From assembly GCF_018977255.1 (NCBI RefSeq), contig NW_024704743.1, positions 5,086,001 to 5,150,000 of the forward strand: a DNA stretch of 64,000 nt, in the 5' to 3' direction. Source of the DNA: Callorhinchus milii (lineage: Eukaryota). Positions 1 through 13,636 of this stretch are shown piece by piece. Numbering within the stretch: the first letter of the stretch is position 1; the number at the start of each line of letters is the position of its first letter. The notes under the pieces were generated by a model. It was not told the DNA's origin and made no database searches. It saw only the letters and a list, made by a program, of their open reading frames with translations. Both the position numbers and the translations under genes were made by a program.

Positions 1-79
1 ATTAGTGTGTAGGATACAATACAGAACAGATTGTAGGTTTCCCCTACTTCTCAGGGATAGATCTATCCATTGCTGTATG

Positions 80-730
80 ATGCTGCCTTTATGCGAGACA
101 GATTGTACACGACTAATCTATCGGAGTTCTCTGAAAAGATAACGGAGATTGTGGACAAGGGGAACTCACGGCATTGCATTTACTTTTTAGCAAAGATATT
201 ACAGAGCTGCACAGGATGTCGGTTCACAAGGTTGGAAGCCACACAATAGTGGAAGCATCTGAAGTGGATTGAAAATTGGCTAGATCATAAGAAACAATGG
301 ATGTGCATGTCATGAAGGGAGATAACTGTCCCGGAAACATAAGAGATCAGTGCCAGGGCCAGTGTTAATTACTCCGTATGTAGCTCATTTGGAATATTGG
401 GTAGAAAGCAAGCTGTCTGATTCCAAATTGGCAAGAGTTGCAAATAACAGGAAACAGCCTGACCAAATACTAAAAACATACAAATAGATTAAGAAGTCAG
501 GCTGACAGTTGGCAAATGTCATTTAACGTGGACGAATGTAGAGGGATGAGGTTTGGGCAGAAAAATAAACAATGTGAATATAAAGTGAAGGCTATTAGTA
601 TACAGGGAACATGACAGTACATGAGAGGGGTTGGCGGGGTGGGGAGACTGGAGGATAAATCACTGAAACGAACAGCACAGATGGAGGCAACGGTAAGAAA
701 AAACAAGATCTCACATTAGAACATAGGAAC
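80..730 (+). mobile_element. Degraded CR1-type LINE ORF2 (RT) fragment
   Basis: Remnants such as NLSEFSEKITEIVDKG and KWIENWL, with stops and frameshifts. Confidence 0.65.
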
Positions 731-1276
731 AGGAGGAGACTATCAAGCTTGTTCCACCGGTTTACTAGATCTTGGCAGATCTTCTAATCCCAATGCCTCG
801 CCCCTTTACCAAACTGCTTAATACCTTCACTACCCAAGTATCTGTCTGTTTCTCTTTTAAACACCCTGATTGAATCTACCTCAACAGTTTCTGAGGGCAG
901 AGTGATTCACCTTTCACAGTGTGAAGACATCCTTCCTGACCTCAGTTCTAAGCACCTCTACGCAGGGGAGACATCACAAAACACTTCACACAGAACTTAC
1001 TGTAAAGCGCAGTGACTGTATATTTTTTGTAAGCAAGCACGGCAACCAATATGAGGTGAATGACAAATTTAATTTGAGGGATTGTTCACCGTAACGTAAG
1101 GAGAAACTGCCGTATCTTTTCAAATAGAATAGTGAATGGGATTTTTAATATCCAGCTGATATCCATCAGGCAGGCAGGATGTCAGTTCAACATCTCATCC
1201 AAAGGATAACATTCAGCACTGCAATGTCAGCCTAAGCTATGCGAGTTGAAATGTGGGGGCTTTAACAAACAACCTT

Positions 1277-1676
1277 CTAAGCCCTCCATGGCCTTGCTCC
1301 CCCCTACCTCTGGGACCTCCAACCCCCTACCATCCTGCTCGCTCCCTCCGCTCAGCGGGCTCCAGCCTGCTTCACGTCCCCCATCTCGCTCACCCCACTA
1401 TTGGCAGGCGGGACTTCCGCCAGTCTGCCCCCACCCTCTGGAACTCCATCCCGCAGTCCCTCCACCTCGCCCCCCTCCCTCACCACCTTCAAGACCCATC
1501 TCAAGACCCTCCTCTTCGACCGTGGTTTCGATCTCCCGGCTTCCCCCCCCCTGCCCTCCACCCTCCCCGACCCCGACCCCCAGCTCGAGCTCGTAACTCT
1601 GTCTGTCCAGCACCTTGGGACGTCCTCCCAATTTGAAAGGCGCTATGCAAATGTAATTTTGTTGTTGTTGTTGTTC
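1277..1676 (+). mobile_element. L2-clade LINE 3' fragment
   Basis: LWNSIP...FKTHLKTLLF remnant, 3' stem-loop region and (TTG)n tail. Confidence 0.8.
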
Positions 1677-2537
1677 TAGCTCAGAGGCAAGAGAACTACC
1701 AACTGAGCCAGGCCGACACATCATAGTGTACTTGAGTGAACTTGAACAAAGGCACATTGCAAATCAAAAATAAAAGGCTTTTTAAACTACATACATGCAG
1801 AGGGAGCGTTTGCAATAAGTGATATTGTTGCGAGTAGAAAGTTCTGCAAGTATGTCACCGATCCATTAGTAAAGTAGAATTGTTTGATTCTCCACAGCTC
1901 AGTCAGCCAATTTCATCTCTCCTTTTTTTTCCTGTGCTTTTCCCACATTGACCTTTCAAATTATATAATCTTTTTTCCATCTTGTACTGTTTATACCTGG
2001 AAAGTGACTGTGGAAAGCACGATTGAAGAAAGTACGGTTCAGTACAACTTCAATGCGTTTTTAATTATAAACGCAGTTGGCTCTTAATGTGTAATAAATC
2101 CGATTTATTTCAACATTCATGTCTCTCTGACAATTTTAAAACCTGAAGACTCTCTGGCCTGGTCTGATGGCAGTGCTGTGGGCATGGATCTTGTCAACTG
2201 ACTGCAAAGTGTAAGAATTAAGGATTAAGCGAAGAACCCACAGCACTAGAGAAAGGAAATGAGAGAGGAAAGAGCAATGCTCCCACTTTAAACTGACAGA
2301 TGGCTTTACAGAGATTGAAAGCGTAACAGTCAAAAAAAATTTCAGCAATTTTGAAGAACAACAACAACTTGAATTTATATAGCATTCCCTAATGCATTTA
2401 TAAAGCGCCCAAGAGCACAGAAGAGTGATAGAAAAATGCTTCATGTCTGCCCATTCCATCACACACCTCCTCTGTTCAATTTTCTCCAGCTCTAACCCCT
2501 ACCCGCATTCTCCACTCTTCTGACTGTAGTTTAGTGG

Positions 2538-3040
2538 ATGTCAACCTGGTTCAGTTGACAGCACTCTCACCCCTGAGTTAGAAAGTTGTGGGCTCAGGCT
2601 CCATGTCAACCTTCTACCTCAGAGGCAAGAGAACTACCAACTGAGCCATTTATCTTACATAGTCCAGGCTGGCACTGCAATGCAGTACCGAGCTACACTG
2701 CATTGTCAGAGGTGCCGTCCTTTAGATGAGATTTTAAACTGAGGTCCTGTCTGTCCGTTCAGGTGGACGTTAAAGATCCTGTGAAACTATTAGAAGAGAG
2801 AAGAGAGTTTCTTCTTGAGTCAACTCTCTCAAATAAAATTGGTCATTTACTTCATTGATGTTTCTGGGACATTGATATGTGTAAATTGATGCTATTCTGT
2901 CCACAAAATACACAGTCAAACCACTTAGAGTATGTCCTGTGAAGCTCTTTGAGACATCTCAACAAGATGATAAGGCGCTATATCTAAGGAAAGGATTTTT
3001 ATTATTATTACATCAAATGCAAGGATTATTATTATTTATA
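2538..3040 (+). mobile_element. Deu-domain SINE
   Basis: tRNA-like head, then gatgag..aaactgagg..caggtggacgttaaagatcc (recognised as the Deu domain), then the shared tail ending in (ATT)n. Confidence 0.7.
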
Positions 3041-6000
3041 GCCAGTAAATCCTGTGAAGCACTTCGAGATGTGCTCAATGTGAAATTATTATTATCATTA
3101 ATGGCAATTTTTTAGTGACTATTGAAGAATCAGGCAGGTTTACCTTCAAAGGCTGCTAAATATATCAATGATGACAATAATAATCCTTGCCTTTGTTATA
3201 ACGCCTTATCAAATCATCAAAACTTCTCAAAGCGTTTACAGGATTGGCTGTAAAGTGCAGGGGACTGTGTGTTGATGGACTACACAGCAGCCAATTTGCA
3301 CGCAACAATGTCCTACGAACAGCCATAAAGTGAATGACCAATTTTAATTGGGGGAATTGTTGTCCAGGACACCAGGAGAAACTCCATTTTCTTTTTTAGT
3401 TGATATTGTTAACAATGAGATCTTTGCTATGCCGTGATCTTTAATGTTCAATTGAACAGGCACAAGCGATCTCAGCTTAACATCTTCTCCGAAGGACGGC
3501 ACCTGCAACAATGAAGAACTCCCCCCACCACACCCCTCACCCCGCCTCAGCCTAGATATGTCCAATCTGTCCAGTTGTTTATACGTTAAAAAAAATGACC
3601 CTTGCATTTGATATAACAGCTTAATACGTTGTGAAGTCAGCTCAAAGCACTTCACAGGAAATATTGCAAAGTAATTTGCGCACAGCAGTGTCCCGAGGAC
3701 ACAGCTATGGAATGAGTGATAAGTTTTATTTGGGGGATTGTATATTCAAACATCAAATAAATGTCTCTCATCACCTGAGTCAAAACATTCTCTTCCTGGT
3801 TCCGCCAAACATTTCACTCTTTTAAACGTTGGATTTTGAGCAATTGGGACTTTAAAACATTTACTTGAAGATTGTTCTGTTGCACATCATTGATAGAGGC
3901 TCTGAGGGTTCAGTATAGTATTTAGACATAGAGAGGCTGACACTAGACAGGGCTTCAGAATAGGCCAGAGTGCAAGAGACTTTTACAAATCGCTGGTCTT
4001 TGATGTACTCTGGTTATTTTAATCTGGCCAAGTGATGATATGAAGTCTCACTGGGCGTCCTGTTAGTGAGATTTATAAGATAACGGACTTTCTGGGTACA
4101 GATGTTTGGAAAGCCGGTTTGCACTGCACTCCGCAGCCAGGAGCTGTGGTTGAAGCAAAAAGATTCAATGCATTTAAACGAAAACCTGACACCCGTGAGG
4201 GAGAAGTGAATGGAAGGATATACGTAAGGGGAACAGGAGGAGGGGTGTGGGGCTCATCGGGCCGAATGACCTGTTTTGACACTCTTTCATTTTATGTAAC
4301 AATGTGTGCATAAATGATGATGGGTAAGTCACCTTCTGAGAACCATAGGTTGACACTGGCTTTTCCAATTAACACCAATTGCTTGTGTTCACAACCTTCT
4401 GAGTCAATACAACACAGTATAATTGACATTTATAGGACGCCTTTCACATTGGGAGGACTTCTCAGCGTTTCGAGACACTATCCTCCGTGAAGCATGCTAT
4501 ATAAATCCAAGTTGCTGCTGCTGTCTCCATCGTTGATAGATCGAATGTTTAATTTATTTCACTGGCTACATCTGCTGCTAAAGATATTTAGGAGTCAGAG
4601 ATATAATGGTGCTGTTTCTCTGAGCAGTGGTAGAGGTACCACTCTTGGCGGGTGTGAAGATATTGACAAGTATAAGGCAATGTCCTTGTTTTTAGTTCAT
4701 ACGTTTCTTTGCTGCTATTATCTCTTAAGGTTTATTAAAGAACAACAACAACTTGCATTTGTGTAAAGTCCTTCACCCAGGGTAGTATCTTGGAGCACCT
4801 AACAGTCACGTAGTTTGATGGGTTGAGGCAGGGAGTTCCAGAGGTTTCGGGTGAGGTGGCAGAAGGCATGGCTGCTGATGGTGGAGCGGAGGGGTCAAGG
4901 GACACACAGAAGAGCTCAGTAGCACCCCCAATTCACACTCTGGGGTCCTCGTGCTTGGCTCTTGCCAAGCTAAAACCACATAGCCATCGAAAGCACTGCC
5001 TGGCAAGCTTTCCTGTTGCTTATCCAGTTCAGACCACCCTACCTGTTAGGGCTTTGGCTTGCAGGGTTAACTGGTTTGCCCTTCCAAGTCCTGACAATGA
5101 GCCAGGCTGGCCTGCGTTATCAACAACAACAACAACAACCAGAGCACTTCTCAGGAACAGTGAGCTGGAATAATCTGGACCAGCCTACCTCAGGAACCGG
5201 ACTACCGAGACCACCACAGAGGGTGGGCTGGATTCTGACATTCCACTGCCAAATACGTCACTTTGGAGCCAGTTCAGCTCCGAGGAGACCCTGTTTATCT
5301 CCTCCCCACCCCTCTCTCCGCCCCCCCCCCCCCCCCCACCGCCCCCGAGGGAATAGTTAGTAAAGACAGCATTTATATAAAATTATTCGGGAAATAAGCG
5401 GATGAGTTAACCGGTGATAGAAAGATACAGCGGCGATCACCTGAAGTAACAAACCTCCCAGTTAATATTATTACTATTATTCATCACGTGACGGTATAAG
5501 TGAGATTGCCGACACAAAACAGCTGCATTGTTTGCCTGCAAACCAATTGACAGGATTTGCCGGTCAAGGTTTTGCAAGCTGATTTCCTCTCTTTCTTAGA
5601 AAGCAGGACAGAGAAACGAGATCAGAAAGGCAATGGGGAAAAAAAAGACATGTTCCAATTCATAAATATGGAGCGCAGACAAGCAATGAATGGGAGACAC
5701 GAAGCTGTAGGTTGTAGATTATTCCAGGTTTGCAAACGTAATCACGTCTGCACCACCATCGCTCATTTTAACCTCTCCTCTCACAGTGGCATTTGATCTG
5801 CACGATTTATAGCTTTCGATTTTTTTTTCATCTCCTGCCTGTTGAGAACCGTTGAAGATAATTATAAGCTTCAACGCGCACTCGGGAACCAGTTGTTAGT
5901 AACTTGACATGAGCTGCACTATTCCTGGCCGTTGTGAAGCACCCTCCCACCTTTCTCCAGGAATTGGCTTCGCATGAAAGTAATAGCCATAATAATAATA

Positions 6001-6737
6001 ATATGGACAACAATCCTTGCATTTGATTTAGCATCTTATCATTTACATAGGCATAGATTGTGAATGTTTCGCCCACAAAATATACAGTTAATTCACTTTA
6101 CAGTATATTCTCTGAAGCGCTTTGAGACGTCTCGAAGATGTGATAAGGTGCTGTATCAAATGCAAGGATTATTATTATTATAGATTGTACAGCACGGATT
6201 CGGGCCATTCAGCCCAATCAATTTGTGCCAGTGTTTAGACTCCACATGACATGAATGCCTGCTCACTGATGATGAGGCGGGTAGAAGCGGGTAGGGGCGG
6301 GGGCATGAAGGAGGTCGGTGCCCACCAAGCAAAGGGAGCGTCTGGGTCGGTTTGAGAATGCAAAGTAAACAACAGATAGTGCAGGCCTGATACTTCAAGC
6401 AAAGCACTTATCGCATCTGCCAACAGAACATTTTATATTAAATACTTATTATTTATTATGTATTTATTTCCAGATTAGCATTCCTTTTCGAATGAGTCAT
6501 TAATTTAGATCTCATCTGACTTGCAATTCAGAGTACTTTAAGGGACATCTCACCTCCCCCTTTTCAAAGAAACACAGCGGTTTTCCTCACGCTTATCCTT
6601 TATGCATAAAACAACTCAGATTTATACAGCACCTTTCCATGTACGATAAGGTCTCGGAGCGCTTCACAACAAAAGGGTCAGACCTCGAGCAAAAGAAGGG
6701 GGGAGAGGGGTTGGAGGAAAGAAGAGGCGACAATGGT

Positions 6738-7101
6738 AATATAATAATAATAATCATTGCATTTGATATAACGCCTTATCACGTCTTCGAGACGTCTCAA
6801 AGCGCTTCAGAGAATACACTGTAAAGTGAACTGACTGTATATTTTGTGGGCGAAACGCAGCAGCCAATTGCACACAGCAGCCTCCCATGAACAGTCGTGG
6901 ATTGAAGTGACCACTTTATTATTATTCCTTTTGAAGGAATTATTATCCCCAGAAAAGCGATATCACAAATCGACTAACAACTAGGTAAACAGAGACGTGT
7001 GGAGTAATGAAACTTGCCCAACATTTTACCCTGCCCGGGAATCGAACCCAGGTCTCTCGCTTGCGAGGCGAGTGCTCTAACCACTGAGCTACAGGACTTC
7101 A
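6738..7101 (-). mobile_element. tRNA(Ala)-derived SINE, long form
   Basis: A/B-box head (gtagctcagtggttagagc...gggttcgattccc), body, L2-type tail. Confidence 0.85.
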
Positions 7102-7141
7102 CACTGAGCTACAGGACTTCACACTGAGCTACAGGACTTCA
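7082..7141. repeat. Perfect 20-bp tandem triplication of the SINE 5' end
   Basis: (cactgagctacaggacttca) x3. Confidence 0.9.
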
Positions 7142-8829
7142 GTGTACACAGGATTGACAATAGGCTCAGTCAAAGGTGTAGGCTTTAAAGTGGGATTTAA
7201 AGAGAGGGCAAGGGGGAGAGGCAGGGGAGTTCCAGAGGTTAGGGCACAGTTTTTTTTATAATCATTATTATTATTATTATTAAACTGAGGTCACATCTGC
7301 CTCTTCAGGTGGACATTAAAGATCCCATGGCACAATTCAAAAAAAGGGAATGTCTCCCGGTGTCCTGGCCAACAATCCCCCGAGGTAAAATGAGTCACTC
7401 ACTTAATGGCACTTTGTGGGACATTGCTGTGAGCATATTGGCTCTTCCAGATATTAGAGGCTTGAAGGGGTATGTTGCTAAGCCAGAGCATTGGGATTGA
7501 ATGAACAGCTTACTCTGAGAGTCAATGGGCCTCTTTTTATTAGCCGTACATTTCTACGATTCGATGAGATACACAGTCACTACACTTTACAGTAAACTCC
7601 TGTGAAGCCCTTTGAAACGTCTTCTCCACAGGATAGGGTTTTACATAAAAATGCAAGGATTAAATAAAAATTGGTCACTCCATCCACTCACTGTTTGCGG
7701 GGACGCTGCTGTGTGCAATTGGCTGCCACGTTTCACCCACAAAATGTACAGTCAATTCACTTTACAATGCATTCATTCTGTGAAGCGCTCTGAGGCGTCT
7801 CAGTGACATGATGAGGGGCTGTATCAAATGCGAGGATTATTATTATTTTTATTATAGCTCAGGACACCGACCCGAAACCGTCGCGCTATCGCTGCATCCC
7901 TACAAGCTCCACGGCTTCAGCGACACGGCCATTGAACCTGCTTGAGTAGATTTTTACTGACGCCCCATATCTCAGGAGAACCATGGCACAACCACAGGAT
8001 CATTAATAATGAAAACAAAGGAGCAGGTTTGAGGGGTAGGGGAGGAGCTGGGTTCACGTGGCAGTCAACCTGGAAGAGAAGGCAGCATTTTACTTTACTC
8101 CGAAACTCTGGAAAACCTTGAAACACAAGCCGAATAGAACCATTTCTTGCTCGTGAATTCTTACAGGAGCCAGCAGTCAATTCCCGTCAAAAATTAAACT
8201 TCTCTCAGTTATCTACAACCTCACGCTTGGCAATGAGTAAGAACGAATTCCAATGTAATTTCTCCAGCTCCTAGAAAACAGCGCTTGGGATGTTATCACA
8301 GAGAAACATTCCCGTTTTATTGCATTTATATAAGATGACAAACACTACAGCCACATTAGTCACAGAATCAGACCTCCCTGTCTCTTCTTCCAGTCACAGT
8401 TATTATTATAAAAATAACAATTTACGTTCAAGATTATTACAGGACAGAGCTCCGCAATGATCTTATACCAGAGTGTCTTTAGCTACGACACTGCTGTACA
8501 ACCACAGTCAAAAGAAAAACACTGACATTTTAAACAGGATGCAGTAGGGTTGGGATTGTGGAGAGGTTGAGATCAAATGGACCGAAGGGCCTTTGTCAAT
8601 CCAACCACTCTTGTGACCTTGTGGACTTGTTTTTAAAGAAGTCAGGTCACTTACTTCATGGCTGTTTATGGGACTAACCAGGGCGCAACTAGCTGCCACG
8701 TTTCGCCCACAAAATGCGCAGTCAATCGACTTTACAGTATATCCCATGAGGCACTTTGAGATGTCTCACTGACGTGATAAGGCGCTATATCAAAAGCAAA
8801 GATTATTATTATGAGACACCCACAGACTC

Positions 8830-9260
8830 CTGATATTGGAGAATCTCTCAACCACCGCAGATACATAAATCTTTCAATATAGGAGTTTAGGTAGAAAGGG
8901 CCATCGAAGCTTCAGATAGATCCTGGGTTTAAAACATAGGGACACTGAATACAATAGGGCGGAAGTGAAGATATGGTTTAGGCCACAGAGTCCATAAAGC
9001 ACATCAGATCATGGAAAGGGTATAGAATGTATTCAAACAGGTAGTACCATAGATGAGCGGTTCTAGTTATGAGGATAAGCTTTTAAAAATTGTGTCTGCT
9101 TTCACTGTAACAGTAAAAGGATAACAGGGAGGTAACAACGCTTTCGAATTTCCATAATGTGTTGAGAATAGATAATGAAAGATTATTCCCTCTGCTTGAT
9201 GAATCAGTAACAAAGGGGGAGAAGATCGGTTTTAGCTTATGGGGAGGGTTGTGTTAAAAC
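8830..9260 (+). mobile_element. Degraded CR1 LINE 3' ORF2 fragment
   Basis: SYEDKL..FSL-like remnant typical of the CR1 C-terminus. Confidence 0.55.
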
Positions 9261-9730
9261 AAATAATAATAACAATCCTTGCATTTGATGTAGCACCTTA
9301 TTACGTTTTAAGAAGTCTCAAAGCACTCAAAGATTCTCTGTAAAGTGTAATGACTGTGTGTTTTGTGAGCAAATGCAGCAGCCAATTTTGCATACAGCAA
9401 TGTCCCACAAACAGTCATGACGTGAATGGCCATTAATATTTTTTTGGGGGTGGGGGGTGGGATTTGTTAGCCAGGACACCCGGAGAAACACTCTTCTCCT
9501 TCTGAATAGTTAAGCGCTCCAAGATGCATGAAGGGTGATGTATAAATGCAAGATATTGTCGTTGTTGTGCAATGGGAGGTAGGCAGGACCTTCGGGTTAA
9601 TGTTTATCTGAAGGCTGGCACCTCCAACAATGCGGGTCACCCCAGCACTACATTGAGGCGTCATCTTAGACTGTACGAGATCTGAATCCCGCAAACGTCT
9701 GACTCAGTGCTACCAACTGAGCTTGGCTGA
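9260..9730 (-). mobile_element. Deu-domain SINE
   Basis: Shared tail, ccaggacaccc Deu segment, head ending taccaactgagc. Confidence 0.65.
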
Positions 9731-10479
9731 TATTGAACGCTAAGCCACAGAACGTGGACCTTCAGCCTTTCGAGTCTGCCCTGGGCTCATCTAATCCACT
9801 CCCCTGATCCTTTAACATTCCTGTTTTTCGAGCGTCAGTCGGAATCCTTTTCAAAAGAATTTTACGGATTCACATCAAAGTTGCTACTTTACAAGAAAAT
9901 GACTATAGAAGGATTTGAAGCATTCCCTGGACTGTGTGCTTTCGTATTGCTTATTTTCTATTTATCTGGGTTTTACGTTGCAAGGGAAGTTTGTATAAGT
10001 ATTACTGTAGATCGAAAAAAACAAAGTTAGAAAATGACTCTTTGTGTTTACAGCGCTGGTCACATTAGGGTCGGTTGTATAACTTTCAGTCCAATATTTA
10101 TATTGGCCATAATCTACCAGATAAACCAACAATTAACAGATATTGAAAAACAATACATCAAAAGAGGAAAAAATATTTTAATGTTATACATAGTTTTTGT
10201 TGACAAACAGCGCCTCGCGAGATTGTACCATTTGCAGGCAGTGAGAAACCATCTAAGAAGATACAAAAAAGGCCACTAGATCCAGCAGCCCTGCACTTTC
10301 CCCAGTCATAGAATAATAATAATAATAATAATTCTTGCATTTGATATAGCGCTTTTCACGTCGGGAGGACGTCCCAAAGCGCTTCACAGAACACACTGTA
10401 AAGTGAATTGACTGTATATTTGTGGGCGAATCGCCACAGAAGGAGGCCAATTCAGCCCATCGAGTATATTTCCCCCACG

Positions 10480-10840
10480 TCAGGACTTGGAATCACATTG
10501 CCTAAGCCGACATTCCAATGCAGTGCTGGGGGGACGGGTGTTGAATTGCCCTTCGGATGAGACGTGGAACAAATGTCCCGTCTGCCTGCTCAGGTGGACA
10601 TTAAAGATCCCAGGGCACTATTCGAAAAGAGAAGGGAGTTTCTATTTCCCGGTGTCTTGGCCAACAATCCCCCAAATAAAATTGGACACTCACTCAATGG
10701 CCATTTGTGGGACACTGCTGTGTGCAAACTGTGTGCAAAACACACAGTCAATCCACTTTACAGTATATCCTGAGAAGCTGTTTGAAACATCTTGACAATG
10801 TGATAAGGCACTGTGTCAAATGCAAGGATTATTATTATTG
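10480..10840 (+). mobile_element. Deu-domain SINE
   Basis: cttcggatgagac..caggtggacattaaagatccc..ccggtgtcttggccaac plus tail. Confidence 0.75.
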
Positions 10841-12389
10841 TATTAATATTAATTACTATTTCACATTAGCTAATGAACAGAAATAGCGTGAACAGACAGG
10901 AAATTCCATACCCTTATCTCTGTGATTTCCTGAGGTCCTACTCTTCGGATTGGCCAGCTCAGGTCTGTTTCACATTCCCCACCCATTCCTCCCCTCTCTT
11001 CCCCACCATCTGTGGCCTTCAGCCCCTTTGACCTCACTCTTGAACTCACTCCCCAAATCCTCTCCACCTTGGGCCCTCCCTTCTCTGGTTTCAAAATCTG
11101 ACTAAAAAATACAACCTTTTTTCACTGTTATGTTCTCACAACTCAAATGTAGAACTCGCTAATTTGTTCTCAGCTCTCAAAACATAATCCATCACTTCAA
11201 CCCAAACCCCCTTTTGTTACTTCATCTGAATCCTGCTTTATGCTTCCTGATCCCCTTTCAATGGTTCCCTGTTAATTAGTCATTTCTTCTTAAAGGGTAT
11301 CAAACATTGACTACACCTTTGGCCATCTCAGTTCTACATCGACACATCTCCCACCTGCTCGGGCTCACACCCCATACCTGTTAAGCATTTTAAAACATTT
11401 AACTATGGGAAAGGCCCTATATAGGTGCAAGTTGTTATTTTTTTTCACACCATCGCCCATCTCATTTGATCTCTCTAAATACAGTGGATTTTGAAGTATA
11501 TTTTTACTGACTGTCAAGGGGCCCAATTCTAACCCTCTTCAGTCAGTCTTGGTGAATTTTTGGGAGCAAAGAAAGTGATTCGGTCATCACTACGGCTTCA
11601 CGAGTCATGAGACTATCTTCAAGAAACCTCTTTGAAATCACGTTCGGACGATTTGTCACAAACTCCAATTTTCCTATCATTTAGTATCATTTCTGACTAT
11701 CCATGTTGCATAGAATTACATAAAATGTTACAGCACGGAAACAGGCTATTTGGTCCAAATTTGTCCATGCCGGTGTTTATATTCCACGTGAGTTTGTTAA
11801 TCCACTGTCCAAAAGCCCTCGATTGCCTTCTCCAGTTATTAAATTTAGTTTGGTTTCACATTTCGCCCACAAATATACAGTCAATTCACTTTAGTTTATT
11901 CTGTGAAGCGCTTTGAGACGTCTAGAAGACATGAAAAGTGCTATATCAAATACAAGGATTAATTATTATTATACTAAACTGCCTTCGACGGTTCGTATTA
12001 CTTCTGCCTTCCAATAAAGACTGGGAGTGTAGTAGGAGACTAGACTGGGAACATTAAGTAGACCAGATCAGGAAAGATGTCCAGAAGAGTGAAACGTTAA
12101 AGAGGTGATCGACAAAAGACGTAAAAAGGGAAGAACGATGTGGTGGGAATGCATAACCGCTTCAACATGATGGCATTCTGGAAGAATGCTGTTAGAAACA
12201 CCTGGCAGAGAAAACATAGTGATTAAAGACCTCTTCTTCGCATTAATGGACTCAATGTTTGGGAAAGTGAATAACGCCTGCAGGAATGAACAGTTTAGTG
12301 AGTCACCAAGTCAATAATTCTCACAAGATAGAACCAGTTATCAAATGAGTCACAAAACTTGAGCAAACACACAAAATCTAGGCAGACTG

Positions 12390-12740
12390 TCCAATGTGGT
12401 GCTGAAGGGAGGGGAATAGGATGCATTGTTGGAAGGTGCTGTCTATCAGATTGAAGTATTAACTGAGCTCCCCAACTGCCTGTTCAAGTGGATGTTAACG
12501 ATCTTGTGGTACTATTGAAAAAGAGAAGGGAGTTTTTCTCTCCTGGTGTCATGGCGAACAATCCCCCAGATAATATTGATCATTCACTTCATGTCTGTTT
12601 GTGAGACATTGCTGTGCACAAATTAGCTTCACCTATATAAAAAAACATAGTCACTGCAGTTTACAGTGTATCCCGTGAACCACTTTGAGACGTCCTCCAG
12701 TCAAGAAAGGTGCTTTACCAAATATAAGGGTTATTAAAGC
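12390..12740 (+). mobile_element. Deu-domain SINE
   Basis: Diverged Deu domain plus shared tail. Confidence 0.65.
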
Positions 12741-13295
12741 TCGGATCCATGAGAATGGGAAGCCCAGGACCTCTTAGGATATGAAACAGGAGAGGAGCTA
12801 TTTTCCCAAAACTTTTTTTGGCAAAGTGCCACTGAAAATCCATAAGGTTCAAATTACCGAGTATTAGAAAAGGGGAGAGAGGAATTGTGATACGTGACAT
12901 GTTATCCCAACACATACACTGGGCTCCCCAAGTTGTGGCTCTTGTCGACCTTTCTAGGCTCTGTGAACCTATCACCCTCACTTGGCTCCATTAGCTCCCA
13001 ACGCCCAGTGGATCAAATTGAAGATTCTCGTTCTCACCTTTAGATCCCTCCACGGTCCCATCCCACCCTTCTTCTGTGACCTCCTTCAAACCTACCGACC
13101 CAGCTGCTCCATTGGCTCAGTGAGTATCAGCCTGCTTCATCTCCCCGCCCTATCCACCCTACCATCGGCTAGCAGCGGGCTAATTTGTATTGCATTTGTA
13201 TAACAAAAGTAAGGATTATTACAACAACAACATCAATAAAATTACATTTGTGTTCATAAATCTCCTGAAATTTGGATAAGACTGAAAAGTCTCGT

Positions 13296-13636
13296 GGAGT
13301 CCTGCAGTGTATTGGTTGGGGCATTCGCCTCGCAACTCGGTTTGATTCCCGGGCAGGGCAAAACCTTAGGCAAATTTCCTTAGTCCACAAGCCTCTGTTT
13401 ATCCAGCAATAAGTAGAAACCCGGTTGTTAGTCGATTGGCGGATCGCATTTCTGTGGGTAAAAATTCTTTCAAAATAAAAAAATAATAATTTGGTCACTC
13501 AATCCACAACTGTTTGTTTGTGAGACAATGCTGTGTTTCTCCCACAAAATATACAGTTAATTCACTTTACAGTATATTCTGTGAGACGTCTCGAAGACGT
13601 GATAATGAGCGATATCAAATGCGAGGATTATTATTC
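13296..13636 (+). mobile_element. tRNA(Ala)-derived SINE, long form
   Basis: ggagtcctgcag head to gcgaggattattatt tail. Confidence 0.8.

Noticed and set aside
6255..6300. CTGATGA motif suggesting a hammerhead ribozyme or C/D snoRNA
   Set aside because: No matching stems, GAAA core or terminal stem could be found by eye.
7082..7141. Direct repeats resembling a CRISPR array
   Set aside because: No spacers, eukaryotic context, and the unit is the SINE 5' end.
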